A stretch of DNA of 63,547 nt, filler included, from Intoshia linei (GCA_001642005.1; 4 parts of 4 records of this genome joined end to end with filler, not necessarily neighbours in it); one strand, 5' to 3'. Shown: positions 23,529 to 37,374, numbered from the whole stretch's first letter. Translations and numbers: made by a program. Notes: generated by a model from the letters alone, not told the origin.

Positions 23529-26500
23529 ATGTCAAAATTTACGAGCCATCACAAAGAAGCATTTCAAGAAAAATTGTGTAAATTTTTTGAAAAATTAAAA
23601 GAAAAGGTATAAACAATGTTTATTAAACATAAATAGCTTTGATATGTTGGAAAAGTTATGCTATACATTATATCTAGCTGCTGTGAAAAAATTCACACCC
23701 CTAATAATCATACAGTTATTTTAAAACCATTTCTCATACCGTACGGCGTACACCATGGATTTTCAATTTCTAAAATCGATCAAAATATCACGCCTTAATG
23801 ACCATTTTTGTGAGAATATTCTATTAATTTACATATTAAATGAACAATTTATCTGAACTTATACACATGTAGTTCCCAATTTTCTTAAATTCATATAAAT
23901 TAATAGAAATTAAATCGAATTGATAAATAAATAAATTACTTTTTAATTTTTATTCTGTTCCTCGATACCTCCAAAATTTGAGATGATATTTTCTTTTTAT
24001 TTAAATTTTTATTACATTTTTACTATCAGAATAATAAAAACTATATATTTTTGTAAAGTTGTCACTTGTGACTGCGACCAAAATTCAGAAATAAAAATTA
24101 CAATCATCCATTAAAATTTCTACCCAGGGAGAAATTTCCACCTAGTTGAAAATCACTGATGTATAGTATAATTATAAGATTAATTGTGTATATTAATAAC
24201 TAAAACAAGATTTCGTATGAAGAAAGTGTCAAGATGTGTAAACTTCCAGTACAGGAGTTATTAGAATCTATGAAAGAGTCCAATTTCGACAGAATTAATT
24301 TATTACGCGCTTATCAGTATATGGTATAATTATAAAATTATTATAAGGGAATTTATTTTATTCATTCCATTTTAGTCACATTCACTTTTATCTATCCAAG
24401 TATAATCGTATTAAACTAATTTGTCACATTTAGAATTCATTTATATATAATTAATATATAACAATGCGATAATAATATAATTAAAAGTTTCGAAATGTCC
24501 AATCAATGTTTGTTCAAACAAAATTGTCGTGTTCATATTGAGCTGAGTTCATATTCTAGGTTGTTCATATAGAACATAATTAACTGTATATATATAAATA
24601 AATAGTAGATTAAACGTATAAATATTTTAAAAAATGACCGAAGAATGGCCAACATTACTAAAGTGAATTTGACCAAGATAGCGTTAATACCTAATTATAA
24701 CCATATTACATTATATTTATTTTTATAATCTAATGGTTTTATGTAATAGTCAATAACTGCACACGGTAGAACAAATTGCTTAGTTGGTTTTGATTTTGAA
24801 GCAGAAGTAAATTTTCTTAATGCATTTATTAACTTTTCAGAATAAATTAAATCAGAAGATAGAAAATAGAGGTTCAGATCATAAAGATAAAGTATTGCAA
24901 GATTTACCCATAAGTATTAAAGATTTTCATTTCATGAAGGTAAATACTGTCTTTAACATTTAAATGTATTACATTTATTGGATTATGATTGCACATATGG
25001 CTGTTCAAAATATACAAATAAACCTATGAAAAAAAATTCAAATTTTATACAGGTCTTTGTATGCTTTTCAGTGTATTAATTCATTTCATTAGTGCTTAAT
25101 TGATCAAGGAGCAATTTTATATTGTAGAACGAATGTACCTCAAACTTTATCGTAATTATTACATACATGTATATAAAAAATACAAGTAATATACTATGTC
25201 CTGGTCACCTAAGGATATATACGGACTTATGGTATCTTATAAAAATATTTGAGATTATTTAGGAAAATGGGGACCACGAAACATGATATTTATATTATTT
25301 GTATTCCAAAATTGTGAATGAAACGGACTGCACTTATAAACATACTCTCGTTTACATTATACATGTATTGTATATCTTTATCATTATTTATGCAAGTCAT
25401 TTGAAGAAATATAAAATTAAAAAGTTCCTAATCATCTGATGATGTAATATCAGCTTTTGGTATTCAGCAAAATTATATCTTATACCTTCTTAATATTTAA
25501 TATTCACTTGGCGATCAACCTTATAATAAAAACTAAACTGTTTTACGGTGAAAAATGTTGAGCAAGTTATGTATTATACTCTCCTAAGAGGAATTTTCTA
25601 AAGGAACTAGAATTAGTAGACACGCAAGTTCTGAAAACCCACACTAATTAACTAACACTAACCCACATTATGTATTTAAAATTTATAATAATAAGCATGT
25701 CATTAAATAGATTTAATACGGATAACCCGATATTTGGATTAACAATAAATCCATATTCACCCGAAGGAAAAAATTTTACTGCAGGCGGGTCTTCTGGAGG
25801 TAAAATTAAAATCACTCATAAATATATTTAAGTATGTTAATAATAAATATTAAAACATAATAGGTGAAGCAGCTTTAATTTCATTTGGTGGTTCTTTACC
25901 AGGTAAAACCTCAATAATGAATTGATAATCGTGTAATATTTAGGATTAGGTTCTGATATTGGTGGATCAATTAGAATACCAGCGGCCATGTGCGGCATCG
26001 TTGGAATTAAACCTACACCAAATAGAATTAGGTTATCAATACTTACACAATGACAATTAAATTTATTTTTCATGGAGGGTATATTGATGATTGGGTAAAT
26101 TCTTTTAGTGTTATAAAAAATTTATTTTAAATTTAAAATCTTTGACATTACGGAATACAATAATAAATCTTTCAAAGAAAATGAATATTTGTAAAAATTT
26201 TATTTTACAATGTTAAATGCAAATTAAATACGTGTATCTGTAATTGTTTGTAAGCCAATGCATTGCAGTGAACTAATGTGTTATGAATAAGCTATTTTTT
26301 ATGGATTTAAAAAAAGAATTTTCATAACTTTTAGTTTTATTGTATCATTCTCAGTCTATTGATGAGAATTTAGCGTAAAACTTTGTAAACCATTCAAATG
26401 AATGAAAGTGATAATTACCTAATTTGATATATCTAATTTATATATGTACTGAAAATAAGAAAAAATTTCCTATTCATCATTAATTAATTAAATATGATTA

Positions 26501-28667
26501 TTTTTATATATTTTAAAATTAATTTTAAAAATTAGTACAACAGACTTGCACGATATTATGCATGGACACAATTTAAGTAAAAATACAAAAATACATTATT
26601 TAGTTATACATTAAATGTAGTCTCAAATGTTAATGGACCTTTGGCTAGAGACGTTTCAGGGCTGGTTCTAATAATGAAGGCTCTTTTGTCTGATACTATG
26701 GCTAAATGTGATCCCACATTGACTCCGTCGTATTTTAGAGATCATGTAATCAATTTTTTAATATTACATATTTAATTTGAAATACATTTGTATATTGATA
26801 TAATTATAATCCTCATAATCTGAAATATTTAATTTAAATATAATAAATTTTTTTATTTTGAATGCAAATTTGCATTCATTTTAGCCGAAGGGTTAAGATG
26901 TGTTGTTGTTAGAATTAGGTTGACATTAATTTTATAAAAGTGCCTTGCAATATTATCAATATATGAGCTTGTAAATCAAACATTTTTCTACATTTCAAAT
27001 GGTTAATTGAAAAAAACGTTTGGTAACCCACTACCTGATATTTTTTATTATTATATAATCGTCGTTAAATACCTTTTAGATATATACCGAAAAGAAGAAA
27101 TTAAAAATTGGTTATTTTGTAGGAACAAAAAATCTACATGTACTGCCATGTATGCGGCGCGGTGTACACATAGCTATAAATTTATTGAAATCCGAATATA
27201 GTCATGAGGCAAGTAACAAAAATATAAATATTTATTTTATTAATTTTTTAAGAATATAATATTTTTAGATTATAGAATGGGAGCCAGTAGAAATTGAAAG
27301 ATCTATAAATTTATTTGGAAGGGCTGTTCTTGCTGACGGTGGTGATATGTTGTTTAATTTATTGTAACTATTTTAATATTTCAATCAAATTAATTTTATC
27401 AAATAGAAAGGGAGATACAATAATGGAGAATCTTGAGGAATTGTATAAAGTTTTAACATTACCTAAAATTGTTCGTAAAATTTTACCTCTATTAACTCCA
27501 TCATATGTAATAATTTTTATAATAATTATATACAATAAAATTAATTAATTTTAATTTCTTAAAATTTAATACATTTTGTTTAGGACTTGTATAAACAAGC
27601 TTTATCCAAAGGAATTGTGGGAATTGGGTACTATTTTTAATATGCTTAGTTTAATATTTAGTTCTTATAGAAATTATCTAAAGCTGTATAATGAAGTCAT
27701 TGTAAATTAATATATTATTGTTAACAAACTATCAGAATAATCTTTTTTTTTAATTTTCGGACCGTTAATTATTTCACATTTTTTGTTTTAATAAAATATT
27801 TCGAAAAAAAATATGAATACTAAAATACAAGGATACAACTGTACAACCTGTAAATTTTTTGAAATTATAAGGCTGTTTTCATTAAAAAAAGAAGAGTAAT
27901 TTAAGGTTTTGGCCCTGAAGATATAATTTGTTTAAATTAAAATTTATGATAATGTTTATGATTTTAAAATCCGTATCGGAATATATATTTTTTTAAATTC
28001 TTCAACTCGTTTGATTTTCAAAAAGAGGTACAATTGGGGTTTTTGACCCATAAGATGTGAGTTTGGAAGGTTGAAATTATAAGAATATGAAAATAAAGTT
28101 AGACACACACACAGACACACAAACAAAAATCGCGTAGCATATTATATAAGTTAGGATATACGACGTGTATGAAAGTATTATAAAATAGGAATTGAGACAA
28201 AAAGTAATACAATCATGGGAAGACAGTGGAATCGATATAGTTATTGCTCCAGCCTTTGGTGTGCCATCAGTTCCCGAAAAGAATACAATAAACCATGAGA
28301 GTAATTAAAAATACAATGTTAGTTCATTTTTGTTAAATAGTATCCATTTGGCCAGTAATATATGGAAATACTTTAAATTTGGTCGGAGGAACAATACCAG
28401 TAACATATGTTAGTGAGAATGATGTTCGAGATGCTCAAATAGAACTAAAAGAAAATAAATCTTGGTGTTTCAAACAAATGGTGGAGGTTAAATTTACTAT
28501 TAAAAATATCTAATATTTTATAGATGTGTCCCAATTCAATAAATATGCCGGTTGGCATTCAAATATATGGAAAACCAAATAGTGAAGAATTGGTTCTTTC
28601 TGTCATGAATCAACTTGAAACAAAAATTAATTTTCAAAAAAAATTCTTTTTCGATAAAGACAAGTAG
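23529..28667 (+). CDS. FAAH: Fatty acid amide hydrolase (amidase signature family), multi-exon
   Basis: Exonic peptides [68 protein letters not shown] and MPVGIQI. The Lys-Ser-Ser triad is intact. The start exon (23529-23606) is tentative. Confidence 0.9.
27729..28156 (-). mobile_element. 5' part of the non-autonomous Helitron in a FAAH intron
   Basis: Minus-strand A^TCCTAACTTATATAATATGCTACGCG followed by a short (TG)n/TCTG tract. Homologous to about 16075-16387. Confidence 0.8.
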
Positions 28668-29260
28668 ATAATAATACCCAAAAATACATGTTGTATCAGT
28701 TATACTTTTTTTGAAAAATATCATCCTATATTCGTGTGTGAGAATATTTATAAGTTTATGCCAAATGCAGAACCCAGTTAAATTAATTGTATAATATTAC
28801 TTTTTTTTACATTTGTAAATATTCTCTGAAAATTACAATCAATATCTGTCACATATCGGCTTAAAATTATATGGAAAACTGATAAAACTCTAATATGTTT
28901 CATTAATTATATCCATTCATGTGTCGTCAACGGTATTAATTTTCATCTAGATTTAAGGATCAGAATATAAATTATTAGCACCCTGGAAAAATTTTATATT
29001 ATCCTAAAACTAATGTAATTACGTTGACATCACAAAGCATTATATTTAAATAAATACAAATTAATGTAGTATAAATTTGAAACGTTTGGAATCACAAATT
29101 CCCACAGCAGTGCGTTTGTATAATTTTTTGAATTGACATTGAAAAAATGAGCATGTGGACTAAATTTCCAAATGTAAGTTTTTAGGCTTCAGCCGGTGAA
29201 GCCTTTTCGAGTAATTCGAATTTAATGTCATCTAATGCAGTGGTTCCAAAAAAATATATG

Positions 29261-29360
29261 NNNNNNNNNNNNNNNNNNNNNNNNNNNNNNNNNNNNNNNN
29301 NNNNTTAATTAATTAANNNNNNNNNNNNNNNNNNNNNNNNNNNNNNNNNNNNNNNNNNNN
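29261..29360. other. Scaffold gap with an artificial TTAATTAATTAA spacer
   Basis: N-run / TTAATTAATTAA / N-run, 100 nt, identical in format to the other two gaps. Confidence 0.97.
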
Positions 29361-30415
29361 TCAGTTTTTGGGGCACTTTTCAAAAAAGGTGCCCCAACAC
29401 GGGGTTATACTGTAAAAATAAACATTTATATTATAACTTATAATTTATAACGCGATAATTGGGGATCGCAAATTGCCCTGAATAAAACTGAAAAATATAA
29501 TAAAAGCTTTTCAGTAAAATAAATATTAGAGTAATGATAGGTATCTGTAATTTATATTCATTTTAGTGAATAACTAAAATTATAACAGAGGCAAAGAATA
29601 ATTCACATTTTTCAACCATTTTTTGTCAAATTTAAATAAATTTCAGTGACATGGCAGTCCAGTGCACATTGAACCTAATTCAGAAATATCAAACTGATAT
29701 CATCTATTTTATTAAAGAACCTAGTAATATAGTTCAATAGTTTATAATTTTTTAGATTACGCACCACCCTTTTGTCTCCAAAAAATAAATGCAAGAAAAT
29801 TAAAATTTACTTTGTTTTATAATACCGCAATAATTTTCTATAATTTCATAGCAGCAATATATGTATTGGTAACAATTCTAAAATAATATTAATGGATTAA
29901 TAATAATAACATAATACTGAAAAGATTGATTAAAGATGGATTTTGCCTAGAAGGGTTGAAAAATTTGGAATTTTCATAAAAGGTTGGTTAGCGGTGTATT
30001 TTTTCCAGAAGGGTTTAAAAATTGGGAATTTCCATAAAAATGTCTGTTAAAGGTGGATTCAATTTAGAATTCAAAAATTTAGATTTTTCATATTATTTTA
30101 TAAAAATAAGTAAATAATATGATTATATCTTTTTTTATATCCTATTTCATATTTTTCTGGAGCTGGAATTATTTGTAGATTTGTAATAATAATAATATAT
30201 AATTTATAAATTTAAACATACGATCCATAATTATAGCAAATATTCCTCTTTTCATTATGATATTTTCTTATAATATATAGAGTCATAGTATGATTACTAA
30301 ATATATTTCCACAATACTGAAACTTGTGGAATTTTAGAAACAGCAATTCTAAATAGTAATGAAATTTACTTTGTACAATACATCACAAATTATATTATTA
30401 AACTAGTGTATCCAT

Positions 30416-30966
30416 TAGGGTGTCACACCCATCAAAGAATCAAGGGCAATTAGCACTACAAGTGTGTATTTTTAAAATAGAAAAACTAATTCGCAATCAA
30501 AAACATTTAACTCTATCTATTCGAGTTTCGTTTGTCATTTTAAATATCACTTTATAAATATTATGGAGAAATTAAAACTTAACTTTATTTTAACGGAAAT
30601 TGGCGTTTGAACTATTAAATGTGGTACCGAATTTATAATATTGTTCTCCATGTTTAGTTATTCAGTTTATTTTTTTAAATTTGTTTCTAGCTCAATTTTT
30701 TGGGATTTCTTATATTATTATATTAGAACAATATTATAAAGTCGGTACCACGTTTATTAGTTCAAACGCCAATTTCCGTTAAAATATATTTAAGTTTTAA
30801 TTTCTCCATAATATTTATAAAGTGATATTTAAAATGACAAACGAAACTCGAATAGATAGCGTTAAATGTTTTTGATTGCGAATTAGTTTTTCTATTTTAA
30901 AAATACACACTTGTAGTGCTAATTGCCCATCGAATCCTAAAATTTTCCAAAAAAAGTGAAACCCTA
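30416..30966. mobile_element. Tiny hAT-type shell containing a foldback element (30444-30928)
   Basis: Outer TIRs TAGGGTGTCAC / GTGAAACCCTA with an 8-bp TSD GTATCCAT/GTGTCCAT. Inner inverted arms 30444-30647 and 30725-30928 with only a few mismatches. Confidence 0.85.
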
Positions 30967-31405
30967 GTGTCCATAAGTACTTATTTTAACAAAAGTACGT
31001 ATTTTTATAAGTACTAAATACGTACTCCATACATACCATAGATAATTTTAGTCAATATTTTACCTTTATCTTTATCTAAATTAGAGTACAATTAATATTA
31101 TGAAATAAAAAAAATTACTTGAACATTGTTTCAAACTAAAATATCAGTATATATAATTTATACAAATAGATGTAGTTTAATTCAAAATAACTAATAATTA
31201 AGTCTGTACTACAATGCATTGGACAATATCTATATTAAGGTGTTTACTTTTTTCTAAAACAAAAAATCCAGGGTCGTACGGCATGAGAAATAAGTTAAAA
31301 CTAATCTCTATGATTTTAGTTTTTTATATTATTGCAAAAACATGGGACTATTCAGCGTTTTATAATTACCAATTTAATTTGAAATTAACTTTATTTTGAG
31401 TATTA

Positions 31406-31582
31406 CCGTATTTTTCGGAGTATAAAGCGCGATTAATTTTATTAAGAGATATCTATTAAAATCTAAGAATGAAATGGTACAATATATTGTTAGAAAAAAA
31501 TTTTCCCTTGCAATATCCTCATATAAGGCGCATTCCTAATTTTTCATGTAAAAGGGTGAGCCTTATACTCCGAAAAATACGG
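31406..31582. mobile_element. pogo/Tigger-type MITE
   Basis: Perfect TIRs CCGTATTTTTCGGAGTATAA / TTATACTCCGAAAAATACGG with TA duplications. Confidence 0.9.
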
Positions 31583-31599
31583 TAATCTTAATTATTAAA

Positions 31600-31760
31600 T
31601 TTATTATAATTTTTAAGATGATTAACAATGTCATTTAATAATTTATCATCAATATACTTGCCTGACGCCTTCTCATGAAGGTATTGGACTCTGTGTATTC
31701 CACGTTCGGCCACTTCATTTATTAGAGCAACATTCAATTGAGGTATTGAGGGGTAATTAT
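31600..31760 (-). mobile_element. Transposase C-terminal relic (hAT-like)
   Basis: Minus-strand LNVALINEVAERGIHRVQ resembles the VND.AERGV motif near the C-terminus of hAT-superfamily transposases. Confidence 0.45.
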
Positions 31761-31931
31761 GTTTTTATAAAAAATATAGACAACAATTGCATCTTTTTGG
31801 TAAATTACATGCTGATACACCCCTGATAAAGGCTTAAATATATTCTATTCTTACAGTAAAAGTTACAAAATATTTACAGTGTTGATTTTAAAATTATAAA
31901 AACTGGGATTATACATGTATTAATTATATAA

Positions 31932-32150
31932 TAGCCATGTCAAACTCAAATACGTGGCAGCCGCATTATCTGAAAACTTTTTAACGCAGTTTAGATCTGA
32001 TAGGAACGATATACAATTTATTTTGGAATATTTACATTATACATTTAAATATTATAATATATATACTAATATATTATTATTATCATGCATATACAAAATC
32101 GCGGCGGGCCGCATTTAAATTTGAAAATGGTTGCAAGTTTGACATGGCTA
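31932..32150. mobile_element. hAT-like MITE
   Basis: 14-bp TIRs TAGCCATGTCAAAC / GTTTGACATGGCTA with internal GCCGCA motifs. No clear TSD. Confidence 0.7.
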
Positions 32151-32824
32151 AATATGACACTTGACATGGAAGTAAAATTAAAATTAATCAATTTATTTCA
32201 TTTTCACGTCATTGGCAAAGCCACACATTTTTAAGCAATGCAATGCGAAAAAAAATAAATGAATGATTAATAATAAATCAACTTAAGTAAAATGTACCAA
32301 TATAGGAAAAATTAAACAGAACACAAAATAAACATTTACATTTGTAATGTATTAGTCTCATAAAGAAATCTATAATATAAAAATTACTAGTATGGAGGTA
32401 TTTTAGTATTGATAGATAATGAATTCATGTTCCATATACAAAAAATGATCAATAAACATTTATTTGTCATTTGATTAAATAGTGTCAATTAGAATTTAAA
32501 TATTGTAATTCAATTAATGGTTCTATTGCGTTTAATTTTAATTGTTTATAAATTTGTTTTGATGTTGTTAATTTGTTTTTTATTTATTTTGAAAATTTAT
32601 ATAATAGTCATATTACAACGGAGACGGAAGCCTTTTTGTAGTGACGGCTATGATTTTGGATTAGCGGTTGGATTTAGAAATTTCTTTAAACCGCGAATTC
32701 TTAACCACGGGGTCACCAAAAATATTTTTGGGTCGCGTAATTTTATTCAAAATTTTTAAGTTATTTTAACAAAAATCTATATTATTATTTATGTTATGTT
32801 ATTATTACTGAAATTATATTATAA

Positions 32825-33338
32825 CTAGGTTGACTGTTATGTACTACGTACAAACAGCACCTAGCTCTGCCGAGGGCACATTTTTATTATACCAAAAAAA
32901 TAAATTCAAGTTGAAAATCTAACTTAAAAATCATGCTATTCACTATTATCAATCCTTTAAAGGAGTGGTTACCAAATTTGTTTCAGGTAAACCATCATAT
33001 CACATTACTTTTTACTTTAAAGTGAATTATTCCATCTTAAATTTTTTGTTTGTTAATATTTGCGTAAAGAATTTTAAAAACAATTGTTATCCCATTTTTT
33101 TAATTTATTAGACGAATGTGTGTATAATATTAAAAATAAAGTGAAAACAGTCCAATCCTAAAAATTGTCATAAACAGCATAAATTCCAGAAAAAATTAAA
33201 GTATAAAAATCTATTTAATAATTTTCAATGTGATGATATATATATATTCAGGACCAATTTAATAAATACTTAAAAATACCAATTATGTATCAATAATTAA
33301 AGGAATATAATAAATTAAAAAAATGGGATAACAATTGT
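32825..33338 (-). mobile_element. 3' part of the non-autonomous Helitron
   Basis: CTAG terminus, hairpin and body nearly identical to 15461 onward. Confidence 0.82.
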
Positions 33339-33775
33339 GGTAATCTAAAAAACGGCACACATTTATAATTACGTACCTATCATAAGTAATCTTAATCTTA
33401 ATTTAGTTAAATTAATCATAATAATAATTAGGTTAATCTTATGCAATGTAAATACAAATGTATTGATATGGTCACAAGTAGAACTTGAGATAAAATTTAC
33501 GGAATGAGTATATTATAAAGGATCTGCAAAGTATGTTATCATTTATTAGTAAATTACAGAAAACATCTTATGTTATAAGTTTTAAGACAATTAAGTATGG
33601 TAGCTTTTTGTAATAGGGTTTGTAGGTAAAAAATTAATTTTAATATTTCAATAATAATTATTATATAAAGTATTTCGTAAGATTAACCTAATTATTATTA
33701 TGATTAATTTAACTAAATTAAGATTACTTATGATAAGTACGTAATTATAAATGTGTGCCGTTTTTGTAGATTACC
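33339..33775. mobile_element. Long-TIR (about 105 bp) non-autonomous element
   Basis: 33339 to about 33445 is the reverse complement of about 33672-33775 (GGTAATCT...AGATTACC). No TSD evident. Confidence 0.72.
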
Positions 33776-34665
33776 ATACACAAGACCAGTGGTCTTGGAC
33801 CACTCATAATATAACATTATATCATCAATGATGATTCATCATAACATTCTAGTAAATATAGTTATATTTTAGTTTTTGTATAACATTATTGTATGAAATT
33901 TTTAAAATAGCAAGCTCTTCCTTAAATTTGAATGTAATTTATATAATTTTTTTGCATTGTCATCTTTTATCAATTACTCAACTTTATCCGCCTTGGACCT
34001 AATCTATTAAATTTTGGAACATCCCTACATTGTACATATAAATCAATGTAAATATTAACTCATTTCTCATTAAATATTGATAACAAACTATATCAAGACA
34101 ATAAGAAAAACTTTTCAATTACAGCACAATGAAATTAATTTAAGATAAAAAACCGATATGAACAAAAAAATGAAATATATCAAACTAAAACCAATTAACA
34201 AAAGGTCGAAGAAATCCATTTTAATTAATGAATGATTTATTAAAAATTAGATTAATCCATATAATACATAACAGGTGTAAATATAAATAAAAAATAAATA
34301 AAAATTAAAGTAAATACACAATTCAAATTAAATTAAAAATTAAGGTCAAAATAAATAGAACGTGTTCATAAGAAAGTAACAACATAATTATTTAAATTTG
34401 TGTAGCAAACTAATTTTCAATAAATAAATCTCATACCAAAAATGACACAGATTCCACTGTCTCGATCTAAATACCCACTAGATCAACGTACCCAAACAAA
34501 AATATTATTATTATTTATGCTATAAGAAAGTATTGTTAAATTTGTCGTTAGGTTAATAATTAAAAATGTCAATAAATACAAAATTTTCAACTAAGCTCTA
34601 GTAAACTGCATTAAATATACCAACATATATTATACTTGCTAGAAAGATTTATATAAAAAGTTAAA

Positions 34666-36232
34666 ATGAAAGTTTTAAATTTTTGTACATTAATAATACT
34701 AATAATGGACATATACACAGGTAATATAAACTGTGATTTTAAAATATGCAATAATATATTAATTGATAGAATCTTTTGGAAATGAAATTTTACCAAGTCG
34801 CCTGGGCTTGGAAGGGCGCGGTTGCGTAGTCATTCCTAAGGAATCTAAATTAAGAAAAGGAATTTTATTTGCATTTCGTGCCTTTTTTCATGCTTCAACG
34901 CTTGTTCGATTTCAAGTTTGGAGACTTTTACAAAACGAAAGCTCTTCCAAAGTTATGAAAATGAAACTTATGCATGAATACTCTTTTACTTCAATTTACA
35001 CGGGTGCTAGGGATGATGTAATTTAATTTTCCATATTTTCAATTATATATTATTAAAATGTGTACATTTAGTACTATATTCAAGATAATTGTCCCCTAGT
35101 AACTGATAATGATTATGTGGGAATGTACTTTGATGAATCCCCTGCCGCTGTCTCTTACATGATAAATTTCAATGTAACCAATACAATCATGAAATATCAG
35201 AGCGAACCTTATAGAATTGGAACAATAGTTGATTTTGACAATTTAGAATATCCCTACATATTTTCAATGTTGGCTTACGTGGATACAGGTTTAATTATAA
35301 ACCATCTATACAAATTGTATTATACAATTATGAAAATAATTTTTTTTGTACAAGGAATGTTTTGAAAGGTCAATGAACCAGTTTAGATTAATAAAAAATA
35401 TAATAAAATAATACACATTGGAATAAAAGAAATTTTATATCAAATGTTCTTATACAATTAGGTGATTCCAACGGTCTCAGACGAGGCTTTGAGCGAATAT
35501 TAATAATTTTTTCGTTATTAAATAGTGCATGGCCTCTTAATTAATTCTACTGAAATAAAGGATAGTGAAACCCCAGGTAGACTAAATTGACAATTAAAAA
35601 GAAAATTATAAAATAAAACCATCTAATGTTTCAAATTACATCTTAATTAATAATTAAATACTCACGTGATCCATTAAAAATTAAAAATTGAAGATTTGAG
35701 AATTTTACGTTAAATTAAATATACCTTATCAAATAATATATAGATATAAATAAATATTCAATCAGCAATGGATTTGCAAAATGTGATGAAAATTTTAAAA
35801 TCGAATTATCGAGTCAATTAGTGGAAGATTGGTATAGATTTGTTGTTGATTTGGCAAAATTGGACAAGACGTTATTAAAATCCGAAGTAAAAATATATAA
35901 AACTAACCTAAAAATAAAATAATGGAAAATCTTCTCAAAATAATTGTTGAAAATGAGAAAAATATTGATTTATAGAAATAAAACAAAAAAGATTTCCATC
36001 CATTTACATGTTACCTATATTAAAAATAAGTTTTTTTTAGAATTTAAAAGTTTCATCTACTAAAGAAATAATTGCACCGTCATCAATATGGACTATACTA
36101 TCGAGCAAATATTTTATAATTGGAATATTGATTTGGTTAATAATCTTGACATTAATTGTATTCACAATAATATGCAAACTGTCATGTAGTTCAGTACGGT
36201 CACTATCAAAAAACACAGAACAAAGATTTTAA
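34666..36232 (+). CDS. Uncharacterised type-I membrane protein (284 aa)
   Basis: Exons 34666-34720, 34770-35017, 35072-35288, 35744-35886 and 36041-36232 splice in frame. Hydrophobic N-terminus, an ectodomain with G.LFAF.AFF...RFQVWR and FSMLAYVDTD, and a TM segment FIIGILIWLIILTLIVFTIIC with a short tail. The last two exons are less certain. Confidence 0.68.
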
Positions 36233-37374
36233 ATATTTCCATGTAATTTTGTCACGATATACTAATTTTAATAAATATCTAAATCATGGATTTATAATAA
36301 ATTTTATTGGGTTATTTATTTTAGGAAAAAAATTATTTTTTAAATTGATTTTATAATTTCCTTATATGTTAGTAATGTAACATTACTTTAAACCAGTTAT
36401 TGTCAAACTGTGCAGTAAAAAGAAGGTTGGCTTGCCGCGAAAAAAATTAATATTTTAAAATAAATTTATGATTACTTTGATCATGTTCATTTTCATTATG
36501 GTTAATTTGATCAGTGATCATGATACTTATATTTTTACTAAAAATCCACTTTTACAAACCCCTAAGGGAATAATTCCAGTTTTACCAACCAAAATTATAT
36601 TAAATTAATAAACAAGAGCAAAAAATTTTCCAAAATCATTTTTTTTCAGTGTAGACATAAACTGTCATGCGTGACTTTATCCATTCTGGCACCATAAAAT
36701 TTCCAAAAAAACTACTTAAATCGAATCATTTTTAATAAAACTAAAAATTTACCAACCCTTAATAGAAAATTCCTGTTTTACCAAACATTAAGGGAAAAAC
36801 TCAGTTTTAACAATGCTTTAGGAAAAAATCGGGTTTTACCAACACTATCTTTAAAATCGCAAGCGTATCCGCAAATTTTTATCTAATTTAAATAATTTTT
36901 TTTTGTGTTGTCATTTTTGATTAACTACTCCGCTTTTTCCAATCCTGCACTTAATTTTTAAAGTTTTGTCACACCCCTAACCTGAGATCCGTGGCATACA
37001 AATAAAATGTAGAATAGCTATTTCTAGGCAATGAAATTTGTCAATAATATGTTGTTGTTACTTAATCGTATAAAAATTTTTATCAACTTTTGTTTATTTT
37101 TATAGGAGAATTTTTAATATTGATTACAGAGTTTCCATATTCTAGAATCTATAATTTGTATTTTAATTTATTAATTTAACCCAGTAATTTATCACAAAAC
37201 CTAAACAACCGCCCATTATTATTTCAAAAATCCCACTTTTATCCCACCATTAATAAAGTGTAACTAAAAATACCATTTCAAGCCCTCGGGAAAAATAACT
37301 TTTACCGATATTTTTTTCAAAAATCCAATTTTACCAAACCACAAAATAAAAAATCCAATTTTATCAACCCTTAA

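Noticed and set aside
23026-24158. A single hAT element spanning the first FAAH exon (exon capture)
   Set aside because: The termini match poorly and the flanks (ATCTACAA versus ATGTATAG) are not a convincing TSD. More likely two independent truncated elements.
29305-29316. Recurrent TTAATTAATTAA palindrome inside N-runs (also at 54955 and 61870)
   Set aside because: Artificial six-frame-stop scaffolding linker, not biological.
31654-31770. U1 snRNA-like start ATACTTGCCTG with TCATGAAG and ATTCCAC resembling U1 loops (a tempting GC-donor-specific U1 variant)
   Set aside because: Stem-loop lengths and the Sm-site/SL4 arrangement do not fit U1. The opposite strand reads as an open transposase-like peptide (INEVAERGI). 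An Infernal search with the Rfam U1 model would settle it.
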